Assembly: GCA_964016885.1 (NCBI GenBank)
Contig: OZ024756.1
Coordinates: 35,774,001 to 35,838,000 of the forward strand
Length of the DNA: 64,000 nt
Source of the DNA: Eledone cirrhosa
Taxonomy: Eukaryota
Direction: 5' to 3'
Shown piece by piece: positions 43,389 through 55,625 of the stretch (positions within the stretch are counted from its first letter, which is position 1; every line of letters begins with the position of its first letter). The notes under the pieces were generated by a model, which did no database searches, was not told the origin of the DNA, and saw only the letters and a program-made list of their open reading frames with translations. Made by a program: the position numbers and the translations under genes.

Positions 43389-45039
43389 ATATTTAAGTTA
43401 AATACTAGACTATTTCATAGCAGGAATCCATATAAGTGCATGTGAATGTATGTTTTAATCCATGTATAAATATCTAAAAAATTTTTATCATCATCATCAT
43501 CATCAAAAACATTTCTTTGTTAATAAAGATGTAGCAGAAATCAATAAACCAAGCTATGGACCACTGGTGGGTTCAATGTCCTTATCAAAGTTCAACCATT
43601 ACATAATAACTTCCGCAGTTAGGATGAAATAAAGAATATTTAAAAAGCTAAGCAATTAATCACCAATTACATCCTGCAGTTCAAGTCTCGATCAGGATTT
43701 TAACAAAGCATTCTGAAAAATAAATAAACAAGCCCTCAATTAGTTAATACATACCTACATACATGTGGCAAATTGATAGAGACATTAGGGCATCAAATTA
43801 AATACCTCAGCATTTGTTTTAGCTCAATGTATTCAGAGTTCAAATCCCATCGAGGTCAACTCTGCCTTTCATCCTTTCCAAGTTGTTAAATAAAATAAGA
43901 CAGTGGGTTAACCCTTTAGCATTCACATTACTCTATATATACTATTGTATTTTCATGGTAAAGGCTTTATCTCACATAATGTCGAATCTATGAGATTTTG
44001 AAAGTATTTACTTTGAGAACAATACCTTAACATCAGTTTCAACGACCAGTTACAGCCAGCTTCAACAGAAAGAGGTAGAGAATTCTGGCCGGTTTTGGCC
44101 GGTTTGAACATTAAAGGGTTAAGGGAATTTTTAAAGAGTCAGACAGGATGCTTTGCAATGTCTAATTTGGCCTCCTCCTGCCAGTTGTGGCAGGTAAATA
44201 GTCTCAGCAATGGAAAGACCAAAGGAAACATTTCTTTGGTCAGAGTTGACAATTGACATCTTTCCTTTCCTACATACATATATGTATATATCCAGTTTAG
44301 AATAGGTAAACCATATCTCTGCATAATATAACAGCTGACTAAAAGTGTTGATACCAGGATGGGCATCTGATCATTGCCTCGTGAAAGACCCCATAATATA
44401 AAGCTTATCATGAGGCTCCGCAAGTTTAACCCCTCAATGAAGGCTTTTCCTCATCCTCGTCTCAAACTGGTAATGCCACTCTGTAGCACTTCCATGCCAA
44501 AAGAATTTTGGAAACAATCTTTAAACCATAATAATCATTTGCATATTTACACAACTAAATTTAATAACTTACATCTGGAAAATTGAAATGTCAACCATGA
44601 CAACACTTTGGATGGCTCAATCTACTTAAATGTAAATAGGAATCATAGGTGGGGAGAGGGAGTGGGAAGGAGGTAGAGGTGGTATTGTATAATAAACGAA
44701 TATTCCATCAGCCAACAATGATAGTAAATAACTGTCAGTACTATAAACAGGGCACCGAACAAAAACAGATGAAAAGTTGTAGGAAATTGGGAGTAAAAGT
44801 AAAAATTCCAATGTACCGGATGTTTTCATTAAACGATTATAGCCAAGATGTAGATGAAACGAAAACAAAATAAATGTAGTTGACCACAAATATAAAACTC
44901 TTTTATAGATGCATGTGTGCATATATATATATATGCACACAAAAAAGACAACCTTAACGATTGGAGCTTCCAGGAAGCTCCAATCGTTAAGGTTGTCTTT
45001 TTTCCAGATATGTCAATATTTATTTATAAAACAAATCTG

Positions 45040-45105
45040 TATTTTATCTGATGAAAGCGCACCATAATTTGCTTTGGTTGCCCTTGAAATATATATAATA
45101 AAATA
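45040..45105 (+). ncRNA. Type I hammerhead ribozyme motif with intact core
   Basis: TATTTTAT-CTGATGA-[stem II AAGCGCACCA...TGGTTGCCCTT]-GAAA-TATATA-TA-ATAAAATA: 8-bp stem I, both conserved core boxes, palindromic stem III, NUH triplet AUA. Confidence 0.75.
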
Positions 45106-45236
45106 AATATGGTTTTATAAATATAGTTTCCATTTATTAATATATTGTGTATTTACTCCACTAAACTGTTGAGTGCTTTATACCAGTTATAAACAATTTT
45201 AAGCTTGTTGAATCCCAACAAATTAAATATAACCTC

Positions 45237-45273
<37 letters not shown>

Positions 45274-46778
45274 TGTCATTCCAATTCCATCCCGCCCGTC
45301 TCCTCAATCTATTTTATTTCTCATTCTTTCTTCTGATGAAGGACTAGCGTCCTAAATGTTAAGACCCTCTTCCTGCTATTTCAAGTGTTAACCTAATATA
45401 TTCCTTCCATATACTGTACCGATTGTGTTGTTATTTCAGTTTACCTTTTACACGAACACACACATATATGTGTGTGTACTTTATAAGACTAAGCTTTAGT
45501 TTTGTCACTGTGAAGTTCCTCCTATGCAATGACAAATTGGTTCCTGTGAGTACACTGGAAAATCTCAATGGTAACAAGACTCAAGCTTGGCCTTAAAGAC
45601 TATACTAATCTGTACTATAGTACAGAGTACTCATTCTCGTGACTATCATTACTTATAACAAGATGACAATTATTTTACAAGAACATGAAGACAAAATATT
45701 CTGCGATGAAGAAAAATAAACATGGTTGTGTGTTGAACATAGACATGCAATGTAAATATATATCAAAGAATCAGAATAAACGTAGTTACATACGCATAAT
45801 AGATTATCTCATGTGTTGAAAAACATAATATATATCAAAGAACCAGAATAAACGTAGTTACATACACATAATAGGTTATCTCATATGTGTTGAAAAATAT
45901 AATTGATTATCAAATAATAAGACTGAAGTATTTAATACCTGATATGTTTTAAAGGGCCCAACATGTACAAAACACACATATTGTTAGAAAGTGATGGTTC
46001 ACAGGAAAATACGACGATGTTGCTAGAATAAGGGAGGTTATTCTCAATTGTGTAAATCGGGGTTATATGAGGTAAGGGGTTCGATAAGGAACCGAAAAGA
46101 AACAGTTATTGTTTATAGCTGAAACTACGAAGTGAATGAATTATTTGAAATGTGATACTGTCGTTGAGCTGAGAGAAAGATTTCCACAGTTAATATGGCG
46201 GTAATAGTAAAACAAGGGAGGTAATTCTGGCGAGTTTCTATTTAAAAGATTGTAGCTGACTACAAACAAATATAGTATTTTTTTATGTTTAACAGTTAAT
46301 GAACAACAGAAGTAAAAAGGAAAAATACAATGCGATGATGGGAGATATTTTTCTACAAATCTAAAGAATAATGTGATCATAATATTTCAGATGAAACTAA
46401 TAGCGAGTTGCTATGCAATGACAATTTTATTGTTTAAGAATGGCTGTGTGGCAGCGTTGCTACAATGAGTTAGATGAGTCGTCCAGATGTGAGCCAAACC
46501 AGATAAGATGACTGTGTCTTGCTCACACTGGGCCGACTTTAGCTTGCTTTCTACGACTTGATGCCCTTCCTAATGCCAAACGCATTATATATATTAAATA
46601 AATTTAAATAAAACCAAACAATGCATTAGAAAGAAAATTAAATCGCTAAGATAACAAACGAATCTTACCTTATTTGTGTTTCCTATTCAACGGAACATGC
46701 GTAAAGTTGTTAGGCGGTGTTATAGGAAATATATTACCCAGAGTTATCGTGTCTCATAAGGAAGTAGAGTCCTCGAAA

Positions 46779-48041
46779 ATGGATGACATATTCCGCGACG
46801 TTCTGGTCAAATGTCGAGTGTATCTCGTAACCAATATCGAATATTCGTGTTTGGGAGATTTTCTCACACAAGAAAAAGTCTTCTCAACGAATCAAATAGA
46901 AAAAATTGATGCAAAATCAACTAGAGTTGCCAAGATAAGAGAAATGCTTGATATGCTTCCGCGTCGCTCTAACAATCACTTTGCCGCTTTCGTGAAGTGT
47001 CTCCATTTTTCAGGACAGCAACACATCGCAAGTAATTTGATTGAATACCTCCACAAACTTTACGGAGAAAATTACCCCAATTATAAAAGAGAGCGACAGG
47101 AATGTATTACCAAACTTCTATCTAATTTGGCAATTACACACAGCAGCAATTCCATAACTGAAAACGATGACACAATTTTAACGACTCCTTGTCAAGTTAG
47201 TTCTTTAAACAGCAGTCGGTCGAGCGAAAGTTTTGATGAAAATCGTCTTGATGGTGCTTCTAATTATAATAACGTCCAGCAAATTGATATCCGACCAAAA
47301 TCTAGAGACCTGGAATGTTATAAAATGACTTCACACCCAAAAGGTTTGTTTTTTATTATTAACAACGATACATTTTACGATGAGAAACTAAATCGCAATG
47401 GATCTGGAAAAGATGCGAACGATTTAATGTCTTTATTCTCCGGATTAGATTTTTCATGTCATAAGTCTGAAAATCTAAATGGTTACGAAATGAAAAATGA
47501 GTTAATTCGATTTTCCCATCTCCCGCAATTATCAAAATGTGACTGCTGTGTTGTTGCCATTCTTACACATGGAAGAACTCAAAACAAGGTGATGGGAGTT
47601 GACGGTGGTGAAGTTGATCTGGAAGAATTACTCAGCTACTTCAATGACACTAAATGTGTTTATTTGTCAGGCAAGCCCAAATTATTCATTATCCAATGTT
47701 GTCGAGATAACGTCCTAACAGAATGTAGAAGTCAAGCGGCTATTCATTCCGACATAGTCATCGCTTACTCAACATCACCAGGAAATATTTCCTTAAGACA
47801 TACTACAGATGGAAGTATTTTCATCCAAGAGATTGTCAGTGTATTCAGTGAGAGTTCTAAAGTCATGTCTGTTATAGATATGTTAATAAAGGTTAGGGCA
47901 AATACACGGGAGAAATATCAGCAATTAACACAATCAATGGAACTATTACAATTCCCAATTAACGAATTTGCCTTAGAAAAGAGTTGGTATCTAAATCCAC
48001 CTCCTAACATTGATGAACGCTTCAACAGCGTCATATTCTAA
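46779..48041 (+). CDS. Intronless CARD-containing initiator-type caspase (caspase-2/9-like), 420 aa from first ATG
   Basis: N-terminal CARD (..KIREMLDMLPRRSNNHFAAFVKCL..QQHIA); KGLFFIINN; RNGS; ILTHG (His codon 47568); GKPKLFIIQCCRD (Cys codon 47700); SDIVIAYSTSPGNISLR; GSIFIQ. The ORF-track start at 46674 is a TTG, not an ATG. Confidence 0.93.
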   Translation: MDDIFRDVLVKCRVYLVTNIEYSCLGDFLTQEKVFSTNQIEKIDAKSTRVAKIREMLDMLPRRSNNHFAAFVKCLHFSGQQHIASNLIEYLHKLYGENYPNYKRERQECITKLLSNLAITHSSNSITENDDTILTTPCQVSSLNSSRSSESFDENRLDGASNYNNVQQIDIRPKSRDLECYKMTSHPKGLFFIINNDTFYDEKLNRNGSGKDANDLMSLFSGLDFSCHKSENLNGYEMKNELIRFSHLPQLSKCDCCVVAILTHGRTQNKVMGVDGGEVDLEELLSYFNDTKCVYLSGKPKLFIIQCCRDNVLTECRSQAAIHSDIVIAYSTSPGNISLRHTTDGSIFIQEIVSVFSESSKVMSVIDMLIKVRANTREKYQQLTQSMELLQFPINEFALEKSWYLNPPPNIDERFNSVIF

Positions 48042-48103
48042 TTCTTGTTTCTCTCCCCACAGTACACCTGTGCATATATATATTTCGTACAATCTGATTT
48101 AAA

Positions 48104-48144
48104 CCGAGCTGATGATCCGACCAAGGTGAAATAATTGTTCTCAG
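48104..48144 (+). ncRNA. Minimal hammerhead ribozyme motif in the 5' Penelope repeat
   Basis: CCGAG-CTGATGA-TCCGACCAAGGT-GAAA-TAATTG-TT-CTCAG; sister copy at 50615-50653 reads GAG-CTGATGA-TCCGACTAAGGT-GAAA-CAATTA-TT-CTCGG. Confidence 0.65.
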
Positions 48145-50614
48145 AAATGGTGAACTACTTCTACCAAACTCGTCCCATCGAATGAGTGCTCTACTACTAC
48201 CGATATAACCCACCACGTCTTCCACACCAATCAGCAGATTCTTTTCACCACATGGAAGTTTTTTTTCTACCCTGTGAGCGCTCTTTATATCCCCTTGTCT
48301 TACATAACCTTGTATCTCACCAACGTTTGAATGGATTTGTATGAACTGGATTACTCTATGAAGAATATTCCCACTCCCTCCAACCATGTTTACTCAAAGC
48401 TTCTACAGAAAGGAGAAGATGTTGTTAAACGCTTAAGATGGCGAGCCCTAGCTTTCAATGGTAAAATTACAGGCACCACTAACACCTACAACCTGAAATC
48501 AAGAGCCTACTCTCCTAAGGTAATTGAACTCGTTCCCTTTGAAACGGACCTTCTTGATTTAGTCGCTAACATTTCTTTTCGCAAACACTCTAGCACCTTC
48601 CAAAACAAACCTAGAAATGACATTAAGAAATTTAGGTCTTCCGTTAACACTTTTGTCCTTTCTGATAAAACTAATAACATTTACGAAGTCGATAATACAA
48701 CATACAGCCACTTGGCACACAACGCTTTAACTTCTAAATATAAGAAGGCAGACCCCACAGCCTACCACGACATCATTACAGAAGCCAAACACCTAGCTTC
48801 CACCCTTAAGGTAGATAAGAAACTCCAATGCTTAGCTAAGCGTGAGACCTTTCTCACCTTTAAAGATCACAAGGTAAACTTTGCTTCTAATCCCATGTGT
48901 AGACTACTGAAGCCAGCACGTACGGAGATGGGGCTAGTCAATAAGGCTATACTTAGAAATATAGTTAAGAATGTTAGGACTAAGTCCAACCTGTCCCAGT
49001 GGGAGAACAGTGACTCTGTCATTAAGTGGTTTAACTCTTTTAGCTCCAAAAAAGCGTCAGTTCGACATTGTGGATTTTTACCCATTGATCTCGGCAACCC
49101 TGTTGAACAAAGTGTTGGACTTTGCCACCACTTACACCACCATTAATGATTTAGACAGGGGTATTATTGCAAATTACCAGAAAACCCTCCCCTTCACAAT
49201 GGAGTAGCCGGTCAAAGAAGTCAGCTACTTCAGAACTTATCGACGTATCAATGGGATGATTCGATAGTGCTGATGTATGCGACTTGGTTGGCTTATTTAT
49301 TTTAGATATGTTATGTACTAGATTCCTGGACTTCCACACCGGATTATACTGCAACGAGGGTCTGACCCTATCGGGCCATAAAAGTAGTCACGATCTGGAC
49401 CGTTTTAAAAAAGATTTAATTGCAACATTTAATGAGTTAGGACTTAGGATAACAGTAGCTACTAATCTTACTAGCATAGATTACTTAGACATAAATTTAG
49501 ATTTTCCCACAAACACACACACACCTTTAGACCCTTCCATAAACTAAATGAAAAGCTAAATTACATACACAAGGACTTTCACCACCCACCTACAGTTTTT
49601 AGAAACCTTGTGAAAAATATCGGCACTAGAATCTTTAACCTCTCTTCTGATAAAACAATATTTGACAGAGTGGCACCCTATTACAATGCGGCGTTAGTTA
49701 ACAGTGGCTTCTCGTAACCAATTGCTTACTCCCCTACTATCGCCAACAACAATAGAAAAAGAAATTGTGCTAATAGAAAAATAATATGGTTCCCTCCCCC
49801 TTCTCACTCAATGTTAAAACTAATGTAGGTAAAAGATTTTAGCTCTCTTAGATAGACATTTCCCCATATGTCATAAATACCACTCCATCTTTAACAGACA
49901 CAGAGTGAAACTAGGATACTCCTGTGCTAAGAATATGAAGGTCCACATAACCAACAACCCTAAGAGCAGAACCCCACCAGGATGCTCTTGCTGAAGGCCT
50001 TAAGCTTGTCCCTTTCAACAACAATGTAACACACCCGCTGTAATTTATGAAGCTGTGGTCACTTCTAACCGACCAAATCAACAAGAGGTCAAATCCTATG
50101 TAGCTATGGCAGAGGGCCGGTTTAAAGAATGCTTCCTGAATCATCTATCAACATTCAGACACCCAGACAAACAATCGTCCACAAAGCTCGCGAGCCAGAT
50201 ATGATCCCTCAAGGATGCAGGCGTGGATTACTCCATTCAATGGAAAGTTATTACTAAGTCTAAGCCATACAGAAATGGGAATCCCTCTTGTGGGCTGTGC
50301 ATTGAAGACAGAATCAATATCCTGAGGAGTTGGCGTAGTAGCGCTTATCTAAATTCAAGGAATGAGCTTTTTTCTCACATTGTCCACACGTTTGGAAACA
50401 CCTATTGCATAATTACAAAGCTCCAGACTGACTAACATGAATAATCTATAATATTCTGGACTGAATAACATGAATAATTTATTATTCTGAGTTTCCACAG
50501 TCATCTCCCTTGCACCCATTTAACGTGGGTTACCTCCCATTTGGGAAGTGACTCCTTCTGCACATGACTATTAGTACAATTGTTTTTCCTTTTCTGTACA
50601 ATCTCATTTAAATA

Positions 50615-50653
50615 GAGCTGATGATCCGACTAAGGTGAAACAATTATTCTCGG
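50615..50653 (+). ncRNA. Minimal hammerhead ribozyme motif in the 3' Penelope repeat
   Basis: CTGATGA at 50618-50624 and GAAA at 50637-50640; stem III has a C-A mismatch, so probably impaired. Confidence 0.55.
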
Positions 50654-51649
50654 AAATGATGAATTAACTGTTGTGGAACTACTTTATATATATATATATA
50701 CGATATTAACAAATGGAAACTATATTTATAAAACCATATTTATTTTATTATACATATTTCAAGGACACCAAGTTAAATTATGGTGTGCTTTTATCAGATA
50801 AAATATAATATAGAGCAGTTTTATAAATAAATATTGACATACCCTTAAAGAATGCAACCATTACTGTTGGAAGCTCCAGGATAGTGGGGTTATATTTTTA
50901 ATTATACTATTATGTAAGTTAGTATTGGATATTTTTAAATAAGCCGCTGGGTTACGGAGAAAGAGAGAGAGATAGAAGAAACAAGAGAGAAAAGAGAAAG
51001 GAGAGAGAGCAAAACTCTAAGTGATAGGTTGTTGAGTTATCTTAACATTTGAGATGAAGTGAAAGAGTAAATAAATATTTATTTTTTTATGGATGAATAT
51101 GGAATGTAAATAATCATGAATAGAAGATACATTTATAATATGAGAATTTTAACCATTGTTTAAATATGATTAAATGTTTAGTTAATCAATTAAATTATTG
51201 AGATCCATACATTAAAAATTGAGATCTATATATTAAGAAATCTATATATTATTATTAATTATTAAGACTATATATTATTATTAAAAATCTATATATTATT
51301 AGAAGAATATATTCACACATATACACACGCAAGTACATATACATATAAAAATATATATACACACGTATAAATATATATACATATATATCTACGTATATAA
51401 TATATACATACAAAATATAAAGGATTTTTTAATTTATGATATAGGAATCTTATAAAATCAGAGAAAATCATTTCTATGTAATATCAAAGCAGCGTGAAGG
51501 AGAAATTACGTTATTTAGTTATATAAATGTTACAATTGTTAAGATACTAAAGGAAATTTTTATGTTATACACACTTTATGTTATTATACAATTTTTTTTA
51601 ATATAAGTTTTATATCTAATAAGATTACCTGTTATGTAGTTATGACTGT

Positions 51650-51652
51650 TAT

Positions 51653-51731
<79 letters not shown>

Positions 51732-51734
51732 AAT

Positions 51735-51823
<89 letters not shown>

Positions 51824-51843
51824 AATATAAATATATATATATA

Positions 51844-51875
<32 letters not shown>

Positions 51876-51939
51876 AATATATATATATATAAATATATAT
51901 ATATATAAATATAAATATATAAATATATATAAATATATA

Positions 51940-51979
<40 letters not shown>

Positions 51980-51980
51980 G
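51650..51980. repeat. (TA)n/TAAA microsatellite
   Basis: Direct inspection. Confidence 0.95.
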
Positions 51981-53996
51981 TAATAATAATAAATTTGAAG
52001 ACTAAAATCCAAAGAGTGCTCGATAAGGATAAATGTATATCAAATATATAAGAACTGTAGAGCAAATATTTATTAAAATAACAGATTAAAGTTTAAGCAA
52101 AGAATCGCTGCTTTCACCCTTAAGGGGATCTTCTGAAACTAAAAAAATCAATCTGTGAACGCAGAAGTAAATATTTCAAAAAACGTTGCAACCGAAGGAA
52201 GACAAGAAGATGATACTTTGGTTCGTGGAAACGTTCCCTGGCAAAGAACGGGAAAAAAACGACAGATTTACGTCATTATTTGGAGAGGTGAAAACAATTG
52301 CACGCAAAGACAAAACCACGTTTATAGTATAAATAAAGTCGTAGACTAATATTCTATTTAGGAAACCGAATGATTCTCGACTTCAGAGTTAAGAATAAAG
52401 TAAATAAATTACAGAGGTAATTGAAATTAAATATATACATATATATGTATGTGTATATTTATATATATATTTATTATTTTCTCTATTACATTACATCCAT
52501 TATTTTATTTTATATCAGCTTCGCTTTCAATTGTTTTAGCCTTTGTTTTTAAATCCATATCTTACATCCACTGCAAATAAAATTTCATTCTGGTGAGCGA
52601 TTTCAGACGTCAGTGTTGAGCTCATCTGTCTTCGTGAAACCTTTGGTAAATGGAAAAATTGTCTTATGTTGTTTATTACATAACTATATACATATTAGAA
52701 TATGGGGTTAACCAAGGACTTTGGGGCCATGTTCATGAGTGATGGAAGGCAGGAGGTTGAATTGAGTGCAAGAATTGCAATAGCTGATGCAGTAATGCAC
52801 CAACTTCAGTAATCAGAAGGGAGTAGGTGTAGGGGTACCGTATTGACATAGAGTTTCTAGGGCATTTTAAGCCTGGTGGAACCCATCTCCTCTCCAGGTC
52901 TGAGTACAGCAGATTTCTACCAGAGAAAGAGAGGAAATGAGAAAGTGGTATAGAGGAAGAATTGACACCAATACTAGACTGGTACTTTTTTATTGACCTC
53001 GAAAGGATGAAAGGCAAAGTTGACCTCGGCGGGATTTGAACTCAGAAAGCAGAGAGCCAGAACGAATACCATAAAGCATTCTATCCGACGTTCAAATGAA
53101 TCAGCCAATTTGCCACCTATATGTGTATAAATATATGTATATATGTAGCGAAACATTGTATTAGTAGATGCACATGCTATTTGCAGTTGCACACAATGCT
53201 GATAGCTATACTTCACATCTTGTCACACTCACTGCGGAATGCACACTTGGCTTTTTTAACATATGAAGTGCAACTCAAGGCTCCATATAACTAAAGCCAG
53301 CATAGATCTTGATCCCACATTTTTCAAATCATACTCTAGCAGTTCGCTGCCTCTTCTATTACCAATCACTGATCCCAGATCAATCTGAGCAAGGAAATAA
53401 TGTAGTGAAACCTCAACATATTTTTCACATAATGGTTTTCTTTGTTTGCCATACACAACCACTAAAAGACTGACCTATTATCTCAGATAATGTTCTCTTG
53501 TAGGAGGCTCACAGCACCAGATTGTCCAAAAAGAGAACAGGTCTAAATCGCTATCTGTTTAATGTTTCTGGGCAACCTAATCCTTATATACAAGAGATTT
53601 CAACCCCCAAATATAGTCTGCTTATCGACTCTACAATAAACAGGCCATTTGTTTGGTCAGCCATATATATATATCAACCTGAAACATTTCCATTCATATA
53701 TATATATACACACACACAATATAGTCTTGCACTCTGAATATGGCACATGGGGAAAAACTTCAATTGAGTTAATCCCAGTCATTTCTTGAAATTGAGAAGC
53801 AAACAAGAGAAAGAATTCTCATAGCTTGAGCTGATCGAAATAAGTTGAAACAATTTAAGACAATTCATAGGGAATGAACCTTCTCTATAAGCCAACTTGG
53901 TTAAAGCAATGAACATATTTTAATTATATTGGCTCTTCATGGTGAAATATAATGACTCAACAAGTTGGTTAGACTAAACGACTAAAAATAGATGTT

Positions 53997-54197
53997 TGAG
54001 GGTCAGCTGAAAAGTTCATAGGTTGACCAAGATATTCTCAAGGAATTACCAATTGAGGTTTATTTTTCAACAACATAGTCCCTGGAAAGAACCAATGCAG
54101 TTATTGATAAGAAGAGTTGAAATTAATGCATGCAAGATTTCACAGCTCTAGCATCACTTCTTCATAGTCAACTTCTGAACTTTTCAGCCAACCCTCA
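53997..54197. mobile_element. ~200-bp mariner-derived MITE (internal-deletion derivative)
   Basis: TIRs TGAGGGTCAGCTGAAAAGTTCA / TGAACTTTTCAGCCAACCCTCA; both halves match the two ends of the mariner at 59687-60936. Confidence 0.8.
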
Positions 54198-54525
54198 GAT
54201 CTTGAAATTGTGAGCTGGTTTCAGCTGAATAATTTTTTTTTTTTTTTTTTTTTTGTCACCTTATTCAAACTGAGAAGACACCTCAACCATCATCAAACAA
54301 TCACATATTACTTTTCAGGTACAGAAAATTGTGGTTAACAGATGGTCTATTCCCCACTGGATAACCTATGATGAAATGAAATTATATATGTGTGTGTTGC
54401 AATGAAAGAACTTTAGCTACATATGTGCAGGAGTAACGAATAAACAAGAATCCTTTCTCCGATTTCATTTCCTCCATAAGACATTACTATAACGTACAAT
54501 TCAAATAAAGATTAAAATTTATTTT

Positions 54526-55530
54526 GGCGATACTTGGTTTTAGTGTCCTAAATTATCATCATCGACATTCAATTATTAGCTTCACCCACTACACGAAACG
54601 TCACGAATTGATACTAATAATCCCCGCAATATTTTTCTCCATGAAATCCCTGATCGTACTGCTGAGACTCTGCTGCCTCTCATTGAAAGGCACTGTGGCC
54701 ATACAGATGAATGGCGGGCATACAATCAAATACCAAATTTGCCTGGTCGTTATACACATCTGACTGTCAATCATTCAAAGCATTTCGTTGATCCCATATC
54801 AAGTACACACACGCAAAATATTGAGGGGATGTGGTCTCATACCAAAAAGAAACTAAAACGTATCAATGGTACCAGCCGACCAGTATTTCAGTCGTATTTA
54901 AGGGAGTTTGAGTGGCGATGGCGCAATGTCACGTATCCAACTGGTGAAGGTAAATGTTTCGAAAAAATTTTAAACTGTATATCGCAACAATATATTGTTT
55001 AAAGAATACTGTATATCGCAACAATATATTGTTAAAGAAATTTTTTTTCTCTTGTTAAAAACTGTAAATCTGTTTTTAAAAAAATACTGTATATCGCACC
55101 AATATATTGTTTAAAGAAATTTGTTTTCTGTTGTTAAAAACTGTAAATCTGTTTTTTAAAAAATGTATTTCGCAACAATATTTTTTCTGTTAAAAACTGT
55201 AAATAAATATTCATGTAAAAATGAAACATAGTGTTTCTGTTAAAAACTTAAAAACTGTAAATAAATATTCATGTTAAAATGAAGCATAGTTTTTCTGTGA
55301 AAAACTGTAAATAAATATTTATTTTGTTCAAAAAATAAATCAAAAATCTAATTTTCTCTGTTAATATTTTAATAAATATTTATTCTAAAAATTCAATGTT
55401 TTTTCGTGCAAAAATGAAGCATGTAAGAAAATTAACATGTAAAAATCAAGCAGCTGATGACGTGTCGTGGGTGGAAGTAATAATTGAATGTCGATGATGA
55501 TAATTTAGGACACTAAAACCCAGTATCGCC
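54526..55530 (+). mobile_element. Non-autonomous Merlin (IS1595/ISXO2-like) DNA transposon, 1005 bp
   Basis: TIRs of more than 50 bp starting GGCGATACT(T/G)GGTTTTAGTGTCCTAAATTATCATCATCGACATTCAATTATTA; flanks TTTATTTT/TTTATTTG (7/8 TSD); in-frame transposase remnant 54646-55002 IPDRTAETLLPLIERH..TDEWRAY..VNHSKHFVDP..HTQNIEGMWS..GTS..YLREFEWR. Confidence 0.9.
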
Positions 55531-55625
55531 TTTATTTGTATAGAATATTTCGTAATTTACAATGTTAAAAATGATCCATTTATTGATACAGATGACGTAC
55601 CAACAATGAAAGCGTCTTGTTTCAT

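Larger units (their letters stand above)
48087..50665 (+). mobile_element. Decayed Penelope-like retroelement (RT + GIY-YIG) with ~70-bp direct terminal repeats
   Basis: KRLRWRAL; SDKTNNIY; QFDIVDFYPLIS; MG*FDSADVCDLVGLFIL; GLYCNEGL (degenerate YRDDG); IQWKVITK...CGLCIED...LNSRNEL; multiple stops and frameshifts; direct repeats 48087-48155 and 50596-50665. Confidence 0.88.

Noticed and set aside
46674-46778. 35-aa N-terminal extension of the caspase in the ORF track
   Set aside because: It starts at TTG; the first ATG (46779) aligns with the paralogue's MDD, and the homologous leader in the paralogue has indels, consistent with UTR.
54646-55002. Bacterial IS1595 contamination or horizontal transfer
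   Set aside because: The eukaryotic Merlin superfamily shares these motifs, and the element is internally deleted and integrated with a TSD in host-like DNA.
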